Assembly: GCF_036321535.1 (NCBI RefSeq)
Contig: NC_087437.1
Location: 3,410,001-3,474,000 of the forward strand
DNA: 64,000 nucleotides
Source: Camelus dromedarius
Taxonomy: Eukaryota
Direction: 5' to 3'
Shown: positions 12,045 through 25,793 of the stretch, in pieces
How the letters are laid out: each line of letters begins with the position of its first letter
How positions within the stretch are numbered: position 1 is the first letter of the stretch
Position numbers and translations under genes: made by a program
Notes under the pieces: model-generated
Seen by the model: only the letters and a program-made list of their open reading frames with translations
Databases searched by the model: none
Told to the model about the DNA's origin: nothing

Positions 12045-15000
12045 GGCCCCGATGGCAGAGCAGAAGGACCTTGGACTCACCTCTCATGAACACAACAAAA
12101 TCACTACTAACTGCTGAACAACCACTGGTATAAAAAACTGGAACCTGCAGAAAAAGATGAGCATCTAAAGACAGAAAGAAGGAACCACAGTGAGCTATTA
12201 GGAAGGGCACACTCCCAGTATAATCACATCCCATACCCCCATGTGAGCAGCCCACAAACAAGAATAACTGTATTTCAGTGGTTCCCCGACAGGAGGGAGA
12301 GTTCTGAGCCCAGGTCAGTCTCCCCAGCACAGGGGTACATCTCAAGAACACGAGCCCCCAGAGCATTTGGCTTCAAAGGCCAGTGGGGCTTAACTGCAGC
12401 TGCTTCACAGGACTGATGATGGGACACAAGCAGAGACTTAAAAGGTGCACACAGTACCCCACGTGCATGAGAATAAATGGCAGGAGCAGTGACTTCCTAG
12501 GAGCCTGGGCCAGACTTACTAGTCCTGGAGGGTCTCCTGGGGAGGCCGGGGGGGGGGGGGGGGCTGTGGCTCACCTGGGGACATAGACACGGTGGTGCTC
12601 ATATCGGGGAGTATTCATCTGCATGAACTCTCCTGCCCGAAGGCTGACACCTTCCGTGGGTCATTAGCACCAACACCCGGCTCCACCCAACAGCCTGGAG
12701 GCTCCAGCGCTGGGACGCCTCAGGCCAGACAACTAACTGGGTGTGGACACAGCCCCACCCATCAGCAGACAGGCTGCCTAAAGGCTCCTGAGCCCACAGC
12801 TGCCTCTAGAGGTGGCTCTTCCCACCAGGAAGCCTGCACAAGTTGCTAGTCCAGTCTCACCCACCAGAGGGCAGACACCAAAGCAACAAACTAGTCCACA
12901 AATGCAGGACAGACCCAACCCTGGGATCAGCTGACCCTTAGGTAACAAGAAGGGGGTGTGCCGCTGGGACATACAGGACATGCTGTAGAGGGCTACTTCT
13001 CCAAGGTCGAGAAATGTAACTAACTGACTGCATAATAAAAATACAAATAGAAATTTAGTCAAAATGAGGGTGCAGAGAAATACAGTCTAGATGGAAAAAA
13101 CAAGATAAAATCCCAGAACTAACTGATGTGGAGACAAGCCATCTACCCAAGAAAGAGACCAGAGTAATAATTGTAAAGATGATTAGAGAACTTGGGAGAA
13201 TGGATGCACAGATCAAGAAGTTAGACGTTTTTAACAAAATTTAGAAATGTAAAGAACAACCAAAAAGAGTTGAAGAATATAATAAATAATGCTCTAAAAG
13301 GAATCAATAGTAGAATAAATGAAGTAGAAGAACAGACCAGTGACCTAGAAAACAGATTAGTGGAAATCATTGTTGCAAAACAGAAGGAAGAAAAAAGAAT
13401 GAAAAGAAATGAGGATAGTTTAAGACAACTTTGGAACAGTATCAAGCACACTAACATTTGCATTATAGGGGTCCCAGAAGGAGGAGAGAGAAAGGACCTG
13501 AGAAAAAATTTTAAGAGATAATAACCAAAAACTTCCCCAACTTGGGAAAGGAAAATAGTCACCCAATCCAGGAAGTGCAGAGAGGCCCATGTAGGATCAA
13601 CCCAAAGAGGAATACACTGAGGGACACAGTAACCAAATTGACAGAAAGTAAAGGAGAAAAATATTAAAAGTAACAAGGGAAAAGCAAGAATAACACTCAC
13701 AGGAACTCCCATGAGGTTACCAGCTGATTTTCCAGCAGAAACTGTACAGGCCAGAGGAGAGCTGCACGATATACTTAAGGTGGTGAAAGAGAAAACCCTG
13801 CAACCAAGAGTAGTCTACCCAGCAAGGCTCTCGTTCACATTTGACGGAGAAATCAAAAGCTTCACAGATAAGCAAAAGCTAGAAGAATTCAGGGCACCAA
13901 ACCTCCTAAAGGAACTTCTCTACATAGAAAAAAAGGCCACAGCTAGAAACAAGAAAATTACAAAATGGGAAAGCTCACCAGTGAAGGCAAACATACAGCA
14001 GAGATAGGAAATCATCCACACACAAACTTATCAGGAAGTTAAAAGACAACAGTAGTAAAACCATCTGTATCCACAGTAAGCAGTTAAAGAATACACAGGA
14101 AACTTAGATTTAAAATGTGATATCAAAGCCAGTAATTGTGAGGGGTGGAGAGTATGAATGCAGGGTAATTAAGAGATAAGCAACTAACCATTGTGAATTT
14201 ATATAGTCGTCTATACCAAAACCTCCTGGTAACCACAAACCAAAAATGTATAATACACATAGACACATAAGAGAGGAATCCAAACACAATGATAAAGATA
14301 GTCATCAAATCACAAGAGAACAGAAGGAAAAAAAGACCTACAAAAACAAGTCCAAAACAATTAACAAAATAGCAATTATTGATAACTACCTTAGACGTAA
14401 ATATTCCAACCAAAAGACAGACTGGCTGAATGGATACAAAAAAACAAAACCTGTATGTATGCTGACTACAAACCCACTTCAGATTTACAGACTGAAAGTG
14501 AGGGGATGGAAAAATGTATTTCATGCAAATAGAAATAAAGCTGGAGCAGCAAAACTTATAACAGACAAAATAGATTTTTTTTAAAGACTGTCACTCAAGA
14601 CAAAGAAGGACACTATACAATGATCAAGAGATCAATCCAAGAAGAAGATAAAACAACTATAAATATATATGCACCCACCATAGGAGTGCCTCTATATAAG
14701 GCAACTGTTAACAGACATAAAAGGAGTAATCAACAGTAACACAGTAATAGTGGGGGACTTTAACACCCCACTTACATTAATGGACAAATCATCCAGGCAG
14801 TAAATCAATAAGGAAGTACAGGCCCTGAATGACGCGTTAGACCAGATGGACTTAATTGACATTTACAGAGCATTCCATCCCAAAGCAGCAGAATACACAT
14901 TTTTTTCAAGTGCACATTGAACATTCTCCAGGATATATCACATGCTGGCCCACAAAGCAACCCTTGGTAAACTTAAGAACGTTGAAATTACATCAGACAT

Positions 15001-15320
15001 CTTTCTGACCACATGCTATGAGATTAGAAATCAACTATAAGAAAAAAATGCAGAAAATGCAAACATATGGAACTAAACAATATGTTACTAAAAAACCAAT
15101 GGATTACTGGAGAAATCAATAATCAAAAAATAATTACAGACAAATGAAAATAAAAACATGACAATACAAGCCATAAGCAACAAAATACCAGAAATAGAAG
15201 CTAAAGAAACCCATTTTCCACAGCATCAAAAAACAAACAAAACCTAGAAATAAACCTACCTAAGTAGGCAAAAGACCTGTATTCCAAAAACTGTAAAACA
15301 CTGATGAAAGCAATTGAAAA
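12045..15320 (+). mobile_element. L1 5' portion: 5' UTR, broken ORF1, endonuclease part of ORF2, RT core absent
   Basis: 5' UTR starts gatggcagagcagaaggac. ORF1 peptides (NSRINEVEEQTSDLENRL, LRQLWNSIKHTNICIIGVPEG, LQPRVVYPARLSF) and an EN motif (gtgggggactttaacaccccac). Confidence 0.9.
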
Positions 15321-16703
15321 ATGTCTCTTCAGTAAGTAGTGCAGGGAAAACTGGACAACAGCATATAAATGATGGAGTTAGAAAACTCCCTCACACCATA
15401 AACAAAAATAAACTCAAAGTGGCTTAAATACTTAAATATAAGACAGGACACTATAAAACTCCTAGGAAAAAACATAGGCAAAGCATTCTCTGATATGAAT
15501 CATACCAGTGTTCTCCTAGGGAACTCTACTCAAGTAACAGAAATAAAAGCAAAAATAAACAAATGGGACCTAGTCAAACTTACATGCTTTTGCACAGCAA
15601 AGGTAACCATAAGGAAAAGAAAATGCTAACTTACAGAATGAGAGAAAATATTTACAAATGATGTGACTGACAAAGGCATAATTTCCAGACTATATAAACA
15701 GCTCATACAACTTAATAACAAAAAAACAAACAACCCAACTGAAAAATGGGGAAAACACGTAAATAAGCAATTCTCCAATGAAGACATACAAAATGGCCAA
15801 GAGGCACAGGAAAAAATGCTCCATATCACTAATTATCAGAGAAATGCAAATCAAAACTGCATGAGGTATTCCTCACACCAGTCAGAATGGCCATCATTCA
15901 GAAGTCCACAAATGATAGATGCTGGAGAGGGTGTGGAGAAAATGGAACCCTCCTACACTGTGGTGGGAATGAAGTTGCTGCAACCACTATGGAAAACACT
16001 ATGGAGATTCCTCAAAAAACTAACAATAGAGTTACTATATGACTCAGCAGTCCCACTTCTGGACATATATCTGGAGGAAACTCTAATCTTAAAATACAGA
16101 CACACCCCAATGTTCACAGCAGCACTATTTACAATAGCCAAGACATGGAAACAGCCTAAATGTCCATCAACAGATGACTCAATAAGGAAACTGTGATGTG
16201 TGTATATGTATGTGTGTACAGATACACACCCACACACACACACACGAATATTATTCAGCCATAAAAAAAAGAATAATGCCATTTGCAGAAACATGGATGG
16301 ACCTGGAGATTGTCATTCTAAGTGAAGTAGGTTAGAGAAAGAAAAATACCACATGGTATCAATCATATGTGGAATTTAAAACAAGAAAAAAGACACTAAT
16401 GACCTTACCTACAAAACAAAAACAGACTCACAGACATAGTAAACAATCTTATGGTTACCGGGGGGAAAGGGGGTTGGGAAAGGATAAATTGGGAGTTTGA
16501 GATTTGCACATACTAATTGCTATGTATAAAATAAAACAAGTTTCTTTTGTGTAGCTCAGGGAACTATATTCAGTATCTTATAACCTATGATAAAAAAGGA
16601 TATGACACTGAATATATGTGCGTATGTATATGTATAACTGACACATTATGGGGTACACCAGAAATTGACATACTGTAAACTGAATATACTTCAGTTAAAA
16701 AAA
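15321..16703 (+). mobile_element. L1 3' portion (ORF2 C-terminus, 3' UTR, A tail)
   Basis: ORF 15663-16196 ([16 protein letters not shown]...[12 protein letters not shown]) and a 3' UTR ending cttcagttaaaaaaa. Confidence 0.92.
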
Positions 16704-17030
16704 GATACATGCACCGCAGTGTTCATAGTAGCACTATTTACATAAGTCAGGACACTGAAACAACCTGAATGTCCATTGACAGATATATATGTATCTCATA
16801 TCTTCTTTATCTATATATCACATCTTTATATAAAATAAAACAAATTTATTCTGTATAGTACAGGGGGCTACATTCAATATCTTGTAGTAGCCTATAATGA
16901 AAAAGAATATGAAAAGGAGTATTTATGTATATGTATGACTGAAACATGATGCTGTACACCAGAAACTGATACAATATTGTAAACTGACTATAATTCAACT
17001 AAAAAATAAATAACTCTAAAATTAAAAAAG
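16704..17030 (+). mobile_element. Additional L1 3' pieces with a short inverted segment
   Basis: gatacatgcaccgcagtgttcatag... is followed by inverted tcttctttatc and a second 3' UTR end with A tail. Confidence 0.8.
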
Positions 17031-20000
17031 AGAGGGGAAACGGGCCAAAATGGTGAGGTAGAGAGACTCACAACTTGCCCTCTCCCACAAATACAACAAG
17101 AATTACATCTACAAACCTACTGAATTGCATAGAACACCTACTGAACTCTGGCATGGTGTCTCTTGCTTCGAAATACAGGTCGATTCTCACAAAATCCCAC
17201 AACAGAGAAAAATAAAAAAGAAGAAGAAAAGAAGTGCAGGGGTGGTCCTGCGGGGAGGGAGCAGCATAGGAAGAAAGGCACCCTCTTGCTAGGACATCCC
17301 CTCTCCAGCCAGGAGATCAGAGGGAGCAAAACCAGAGCTTCCGAGGCTCAGAGGAGAAAGTAACCCAGCCCCTGTTAAGGCTGTGACAACCACATAACAA
17401 AAAAGGAGGCCCTGCTCAACAACAACAATCAGGGCAGGCTCTGATCACAACACCAACAATACCCCCAATCAAAGGGCTAACAACCAACACACATGGAAGA
17501 AAGACACGGCATCCATCTATACTAAGAACAGCCCTCTGAAACAAAACCATTGTATGCACACAGTCTAACAGGAATGCTCCCACTTTAAATAAAAAACAAA
17601 AAATAAAACAGCCCTTCAAGACCACAGTAAATAATACTCCTACATCCATAGTACCAGAGAGATAGAAGTAAAATGAAGAAGCAGAGGAACCACTCCCACT
17701 TCAAAGAACAAGAGGAAGTCCCCTGAAAGAACGAACAGTGAGATACACCTCAACAATCTACTAGATCATGATTTCAAAAAGGAGGTGATAAAAGTACTGA
17801 AAGAAATAAGAGAAACTATGAATACAGAGAATATAATTTTTTTAAAAAAGACATAGAAACTATAAAGAGGAGCCAATTAAAAACAGAAAACTCAATGGCT
17901 AAGAGCCGAGCTAAAGGCAGTCAAAAGCAGACTACATAATGTAGAAGAATGAGTAAGTGACTTAGAAGACAGGGTAACAGAAGTTACCGAATCAGAACAG
18001 CTGAGGAAAATAAAACCAATGAAAGCAATATGAGGGACCTATGGGATAACATAAAGTGTGCCAACCTAATCATTATAGGGGTCTCAGAAGGAGAAGAAAG
18101 GGAAAAGGGGATTGAAAAGGTATTTGAAGAAATCTTGACTGAAAAATTTCCAAACCTAAAGAAGGAAACAGATATCCAAGTACAGGAAGCACAGAGCATC
18201 CCAAACAAGAAGTACCCAAACAGACCCACACCAAGACATGTTATAATTAAGATGGCCAAAATTAAAGATCAAGAAATGATTCTAAAGGCAGCACGAGAAA
18301 AACAAAGAGTTAGTTAGAAGGGAACCTCCATAAGGCTTTCAGCTGATTTTTCTACACAAACACTGCTGGCCAGAAGGGAGTAACAAGATATATTCAAAGT
18401 TCTGAATGAAAAAAGCTGCAACCTATCTGGCAAGACTATCCTTTAGATAGAAGGAGAGGTAAAGAATTTTACAGACAAGCAAAAACTAAAACAATTCAGC
18501 AATACTAAACCTATCCTAAAACAAATATTGAAAGGTCTACTCTAAAGAGAAAAGCAGCAGGAAACTATAGAAATGAGAAAACCACAATTGGAGATGCGAT
18601 AATTACTATAAGTTGGAAGAGAAGAAACATGAAGTTTTTTTTTTTTAAGGACATCAAAATGATAAAAGGTGGGAGACGTGAGCAAGAAAATATAGATTTT
18701 TTTCCCTATCTCTTTTTTTTTCCTGTTTTTCTTTCTTCCTTCTTTTTAGGATGTGTTTGAGCCTAAATGCCTACCAGTCTAAAGCAAACAGATAAAGTAA
18801 TGAGTTAACATACTTGAAATACAGGATAACTATAAATCAAAAGTATACAGTAGAGTCAAAAATCAAAAAGAAACCAAGCTAATGTAAAAAATTTATCAAA
18901 CCACAAAAAGAAAAACAAAAAGGAAAAGAAAGGAACAAAGAAGAAATACCAAGTCAACTGGGAAACAAAGTTCAAAATGGCAATAAACTCACATCTGTCA
19001 ATAATGACCATAAATGTCAATGGACTAAATGCTTTAATCAAAAGACACAGCGTGGCAGACTAGAAAATAAAACAAAGGCCTACAATATGCTGCCTACAGG
19101 AGACCCATTTTAGGGTGAAGGACACACGGATTGAAAGTGAGAGGACGGGAAAAGATATTTCTAGTAAATGGAAGTGTCAGGAAAGCAGGAATAGCAATAC
19201 TCAAATCAGACAAAATAGACTTTAAACCAAAGGCTATAAAGAAAGACAAAGGACACTATATAATAATCAAAGGAGCAACATAAGAGGAGGATATTACACT
19301 TGTTAACATATATGCACCCAATATGGGAGCACCTAAATATGTAAAATAAATAGTAACAGACATAAAGGGAGAAATTGATGGGAATACAATAATGGTAGGC
19401 AACTTTAACACCCCACTAACATCACTGGGCAGGTCTGACAGACAGAAACTCAGTAAGGTAACAGAAATACTAAATGATGTAATAGAACAGTTGGACATGG
19501 TTGATAGTATTAGGACATTAAATCTCCCCAAAACACACTCTACATTCTTTAAGTGCTCATGGAACATTCTCTAGGATAGACCACATACTCAGGCACAAAA
19601 GAAGCCTCAAAAAATTTCACAGGATAAAATTATTCCAAGCATCTTCTCTGACCACAAAGGCATGAAACTAGAAATCAACCACAGAAAAACAAATGAGAAA
19701 AAAAACAACAGCACAGAGACTAAGCCACGTGCTAGTGAAAAAAACCCCAATGGATCAACGATGAAATCAAAGAAGAAATTAAAAAATACCTTGAGACAAA
19801 CGACAATGGAAATACAACCACACAAAATATATGGGATACAGAAAAAGCAGGCATAAGAGGGACGTTCATAGTGATACAGGCCTTCCTCAGAAAACAAGAG
19901 TCTCAAATGAACAACCTAACCTACCACCTAAAAGAATGAGAAAAAGAACAACAAATAAAACCTAAAGTCAGCAGAAGGAAAGGAATAACAAAGATCAGGG

Positions 20001-23000
20001 AGGAAATAAATAAAATATGGAGATTTTTAAACTAGAAAAAAAAATTCAAAACGAGCTTTTTTTTTTTTTTTTTTTTAAGTAAACAAAATCGACAAACCTC
20101 TGGCCAGGCTCACCAAGAAGAAAAGAGACAAGACACAAATAAATGAAATATGAAATGAAAACGGAGAAATTACAACCAATACCACAGAAACACAAAAATA
20201 AGAGAATACTATGAACAACCATATGGCAATAAACTGGACAACTTAGAAGAAATGGACAAGTTTCTAGAAACATACAGTACACCAGAACTAAATCAAGAAG
20301 AAATGGATCATCTGAACAGATCAATCACTAGACATGAAACAGAATCAGCAATAAAAATCCTCCCTGCAAACAAAAGTCCAGGACCAGATGGCTTCACTGA
20401 GGAATTCTACCAAACATACAAAGAAGAACTTATACCATCCTCTGAAACTCTTCCAAAAGGCTGAAGAGGAGGGAGTACTCTGAAACTCATTCTAGGAGCC
20501 ACCATCACCCTGATACCAAAGTCAGACAAAGACACCACCAAAAAAGAAAACTGTAGGACAAATCATTGATGAACATGGATGAAAAATTCTCAACAAAATA
20601 TTAGCAAACAGAATCCAGTAACACATAAAAAAGATCATACACCATGATCAAGTTGGGTTCATCCCAGGGACACAAGGATGCTTCAATGTACACAAATCAA
20701 CGTAACAGACCACATCAACAGAGAGAGGACAAAAATCACATGATCATCTCAATCGATGCAGAAAAAGCATTTGATAAAATTCAACACCCATTTATAATTA
20801 AAAACTCTAACCAAAGTAAGTATAGAGGGAACTATCTCAACATAATAAAAGCTATTTATGACGAACCCACAGCCAGCATAATACTCAATGGTGAAAAGTT
20901 GAAAGCCTTCCAGCCAAAATCTGGAACAAGATAAAGATGCCCACTCTCACCACTTCTACTCAATATAGTATTGAAAGTCCTAGCCATGGCATTAGGCAAG
21001 AAAAAGAAATAAAAGTTATCCAAATTGGAGGAAAAGAGGTAAAATTGTCATTAAATGCTGATGACATGATACCATATATAAAAAACCCTAAAGGCTCCAC
21101 ACAAAAACTATTAGAGCTGATGAAAGAATTCAGCAAGGTAGCAGGTTACAAGATTAACATACAGAAATCAGTTGCATGTCTTTATATTAGCAGTGAAATA
21201 TCAGAAAAGAAACAATCCCTCTTAAAATTGCATCCAAAAAATACAATACTTAGGAATAAATCTGATAAAGGAAGTGAAAGATTTATACGTGGAGAGCTAC
21301 AAAACATTCATTAAGGAAATTAAAAATAATTTAAAGAAATGGAGAGATATCCCATGTTCTTGGATTGCAAGAATTGGTATTGTTAAAATGGCCATACTAC
21401 CCAAAGCAATCTACAGATTTAATGTCAAATTACACAAAACTAGAAGAAATAATCCTAAAATATATATGGATCTCACAAAAGACACAGAATTGCCAAATCA
21501 ATACTGAAGAAAAAGAATGAAGCTAGAGGAATAACCCTCCTAGACTTCAGACAACACTACAGAGCTACAGATCAAAACAGGATGGTTGGTACAAAAAGAG
21601 ACATATGGACCAATGGAACAAAACAGAAAACCCTTAGTAAACCCACCAATTTTGGTCAATTAATCTTTGACAAAGGAGGCAAAAATATACAATGGAGTAA
21701 AAACAGTCTCTTTGGCAAATGGTGTTGGGATAACTTAACAGCTGCATGTAAATCAGTGAAGTTAGAACACTCCATCACGCCACACACAAAAATGAACACG
21801 AAATGGCTTAAAGACTTAAACATAAGACAAGACACTATAAACCTCTTAAAAGACAACATAGGCAAAACATGATCTGACATAAATCTCAGCAATATTCCCC
21901 TAGGGCAGTCTACCCAGGTGATAGAAATAAAAGCAAAAATAAACAAATGGGACCTAATTAAACTTATAAGCTTTTGCACAGCGAAGGAACCATAAGCAAA
22001 ACAAAAAGACAACCTATGGAATGGGAGAATATATTTGCAAATGATGCAACTGATTAGGTTTTAATTTACAGAATATATAAACAGCTCATACAACTTAATA
22101 ATAATAAAATAATAAAAAAAAACAGTCCAATCCAAAAGTGGGCAGAACTAAACAAGCAGTTCTCCAATGAAGACATACAAGTGGCCGATAGACATGAAAA
22201 AAAAAAAGCTCAATATCAACTAATTATCAGAGAAATGCAAATCAAAACTACAGTGAGGTATCACCTCACACCAGTCAGAATAGCCATCATTTAAAAGTCC
22301 ACAAATGCTGGCGAGGCTGTGGAGAAAAGGGAACCCTCCTACACTGCAGGTGGGAATGCAGTTTGGTGCAGCCATTGTGGAAAACAGTATGGAGATTCCT
22401 CAAAAGACTAAAAACAGATGTACCCTGTGATCCAGCAGTCCCACTCCTGGGCTTTTATCCAGAGGGAACTCTTAATTCAAAAAAGACACCTGCACCCCAG
22501 TGTTCATAGCAGCACTATTTACAATAGCCAAGACATGGAAGCAACCTGAATGACCATCAACAGATGACTGGATAAAGGAGATGTGATATATATACACAAT
22601 GGAATACTACTTAACAATAAAAAAGAATAAAATAACACCATTTGCAGCAACATGGATAGACCCAGAGACTGTCATTCTAAGTGAAGTAAGCCAGAAGGGG
22701 AAGAAAAATACCTTATTATTTATATGTGGAATCTTAAAAAAAAAAAAAAAAGACACAAATGAACTTACAAAACAGAAAGAATCTCACTTAGAAAACAAAC
22801 GTACGGTTACCAAAGGGGAAAGGGATTGGGAAGGGATAAATTGGGAGTTCAAGATGTGCAGATACTACTACCATATATAAAACAGGTAATCAAGTTCATT
22901 CTGTACAGCACAGGGAACTCTATTCAGTATCTTGCAGTAACCTATAATGAAAAAGAATCTGAAAAGGAATATATGTATGTACATGTATGACTGAAACATG

Positions 23001-23056
23001 CTGTACACCAGAAATTGACACATTATAAACTGACTACACTTTAATTAATAACAAAA
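17031..23056 (+). mobile_element. Full-length (~6 kb) inactive L1
   Basis: 5' UTR (gccaaaatggtgaggtag), ORF1 (MRDLWDNIKCANLIIIGVSEGEE), ORF2 ATG at 18977 (MAINSHLSIMTINVNGLN, then a premature TAG), RT motifs ([25 protein letters not shown] changed to NADD), 3' UTR and A-rich tail. Many frameshifts. Confidence 0.95.
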
Positions 23057-23403
23057 AATGTGGCTTATATATATAATGGAATACTACTCAGCCATTAAAA
23101 AAACAAATGAACTTATTTACAAAACAGAAATAGACTCACATAGAAAACAAACTTATAGTTACCAAAGGAAAAAAGGCGGGGAAGGGAAAATTAGGAGTTT
23201 GGGATTAACATACATAGATAACCAACAAGGACCTACTGTACAGCACAGGGAGCTACATTCAGTATCTTGTAGTAACCTATAATGGAGAAGAATCTGATAA
23301 AGAATAGATGGACAGACAGACAGACACATACATATAACTGAACCTCACTTTTTGTACACCTGAAACTAACTCAGCTTTGTAAATCTATACATCAATTTTA
23401 AAA
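23057..23403 (+). mobile_element. L1 3' UTR of an older subfamily
   Basis: atggaatactactcagcc...ggagtttgggattaaca...caacaaggacctactgtacagcacaggg...tgtacacctgaaactaac. Confidence 0.85.
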
Positions 23404-24309
23404 TTCTTTTACAAAGAATCCTTCTTTGAGAAAAACTGCATCAAAATGGGAATCTCTCCTGTTTGCAGCAAAACTGGACCTGGGTCCTAAGTCACAGCTC
23501 TCGGAGGCGCTGGTGGCTGCGTGAGTGTGCAGGCCTCTGGGATGAAGGTTTTTGTGGGCAGACCCGGAACAATCTCCTCTGGTCAAAGCAGGAGCACAAA
23601 GCGGTGGCTGCTCGTGGCTCTGAGCCCAGCAACACGGTCCAGCCAGCAGTGCGGCACCCTTCTGCCGCTCTCGTCCGCCTCGCCATGCCCGGTTCCTCCT
23701 GTTGGCATCACTCTAAGAATGCCCGATAGTGTCCTCTCTGCCTGGGTGTCCCCACTTTGGAAGTTCTTCCTAGTCTGGCAGGATGGAGGGCTGGCGCTGC
23801 TTGTCTGGTTTCCATCCATGGTTTTATAGCTGAGTGATGGGGTCGGTCGGGCAGGTTGCAAATACCAGTTCTGCTGATGCGCTGTCCCCAGAGGCCATGG
23901 AAAGACGGACGGACAGGAGGAGGTCTCTGTGCTCTGAGGCCCCTTGGGCAGACGTCTTCAGGAGCTGTATAAGCATGTGTCCCTAGGTGGCCGCCTGGCT
24001 TTGTACAGGAATACAGCTTCGCAAAAGGGTCTGCTTGCCTAGTGATGGGTCAAGTTTCTACTGCTTTCAGGAATTTTCTATAAAGTCGACTTCCCGTAAC
24101 AACAGACTTCTCTTCTCCAGTTTCCAGCTGTCCCAGTCTACCTGCTGCAAAGCCCCATCTGCCAGCTTCCAGGAGCAACTCCTGCGGACTCCAGGGACAG
24201 CCGTCCACACCCCGCCTCTAGGATCTCCTGGAACAAGCAGACCCAATGCAAGTGTCACTGTCCCCTCTGGCCAACAGCTCGTGTCCCGAGCCTGCAGGGC
24301 TGCCAGCCT

Positions 24310-24585
24310 CCAGCCTCCGTTGCATCATCTGCTTTTCTTTCTTTTCTTTCTTTCTTTGCTAATTAGAATTTGGCCTTACCATACAGACAGGTCTTTCCAA
24401 AAAAAAGAAAATCATATCTAATAATAGCTGTTTTTCTGGTACAGGCCCCCTATCTAAATTCTTCTAGGTAGTTAAGGTAGATAGTGAAAATTTCCCTGCG
24501 TATGCTAGGTCTTAGCTGCCTTCAGTTCAAAGTCATTCACCTGCCAAAGTGGCGTATTTGAGGGCATATTCTGTTCCCCTTTAAC
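24310..24585 (-). mobile_element. ERV1 LTR fragment (MER34/MER4-group-like)
   Basis: gccaaagtggcgtatttgagggcatattctgttcccctt resembles the reverse-complemented MER34-group LTR start. A polypurine-tract-like sequence is adjacent (tttctcttttgagac on +). Confidence 0.55.
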
Positions 24586-25793
24586 ATCTAACTTTGGGGA
24601 AGTTTATTTTTTTCTCTTTTGAGACACATGCTATCTTTTCATACTAACAGGAAGAATCTCTATCATGTGATGCCTTAATCCCCAGACCTGCGGACTAACC
24701 GCAGGCAAACAACAGCCGATCCCACAGTCAGGTGCTTCTCTGCTTTTGAATATTGTTTCCAAAGAACTCACGTCCGTGTCACACGTCGGTTTTCATTCTT
24801 TTTAGATTAATTAGTGTCCTGCTCAAGGTACACAAGCCAAATTGATCTCAATGAGTGCAACCCCTAACACCAAAAAAGCAAAGAAAATGACTTTAACTCC
24901 TCCTGCCAAGAAGTCTTCCTGGGGTGGGCGGCACCTAACTGTGCCTTCCTGGCATCTGATGGGACCAGGGAAGTGACCGTTGTGACCTTGAGTCTCCTAA
25001 AGCAGACTTCATATGAGCATGGAGGGTGTGTCAGGGCACTGAGAAAGTCTGCTGTTGTTTTTAACAGAAAAGGGTCAGATAGCCATCGAGTTCTGACACT
25101 GCACTGAATTTGCTTTATTTGAGAAGAACTGACAGTCCCTCACCCCAGTCCTAACACAGATGTCTGAAATCACGTCCCCAGTGGCCACCTAGGTGTACCT
25201 GGGGAGTCTGAACCAAGCTTCTGCATTCTGACTTCCAAATGCACGTCCCTCCTCAAGGCCAAAGCAGATGTGTGATGCACGTCCAAACTTCGGTCAGTGA
25301 AGTTTACGTCAAACCGTGCATAAGCCAGAATGATTTCCCCGTACCTCAGTATGGGTGGATTTTCCCATCATTTCTCCTTTTGACTGCAAATCTTCCACTA
25401 GAAAGCACTGCTGTTTAACATCTGTCCCTCATCGCTGGGGTGGTAGCTCCTGTCCCCGGATTAGGTAATGTCCCTCGGTGCCAGGCTTCTGTTATGTTTG
25501 CCTGGTTATCCAGGTTGGAGGAAAACTAATCAGATAAGGTGAACAGGCTGAGAGGCGTGTTAATGGGGAAGCACTTTACAGGCCATACATTTTATCACTT
25601 ACACCCAGTTGTCACACAAGCATCGTACATGTGCTTTTAGCAGTAGACTGAACGCACGCAATGGTACACATCATGAGTAGTTACCCTCTGTGACAGCTCC
25701 AGTAGAGTGTCCTAAACATTAGGGACTATATTGAAGGGAGACAAACATTTAGTAAATAGTTTAATTAGAAAACAGATTAAAAGCCAGTAATAC

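Noticed and set aside
17031..23056. Active full-length L1
   Set aside because: ORF1 and ORF2 carry many stops and frameshifts, and the RT YADD motif is mutated.
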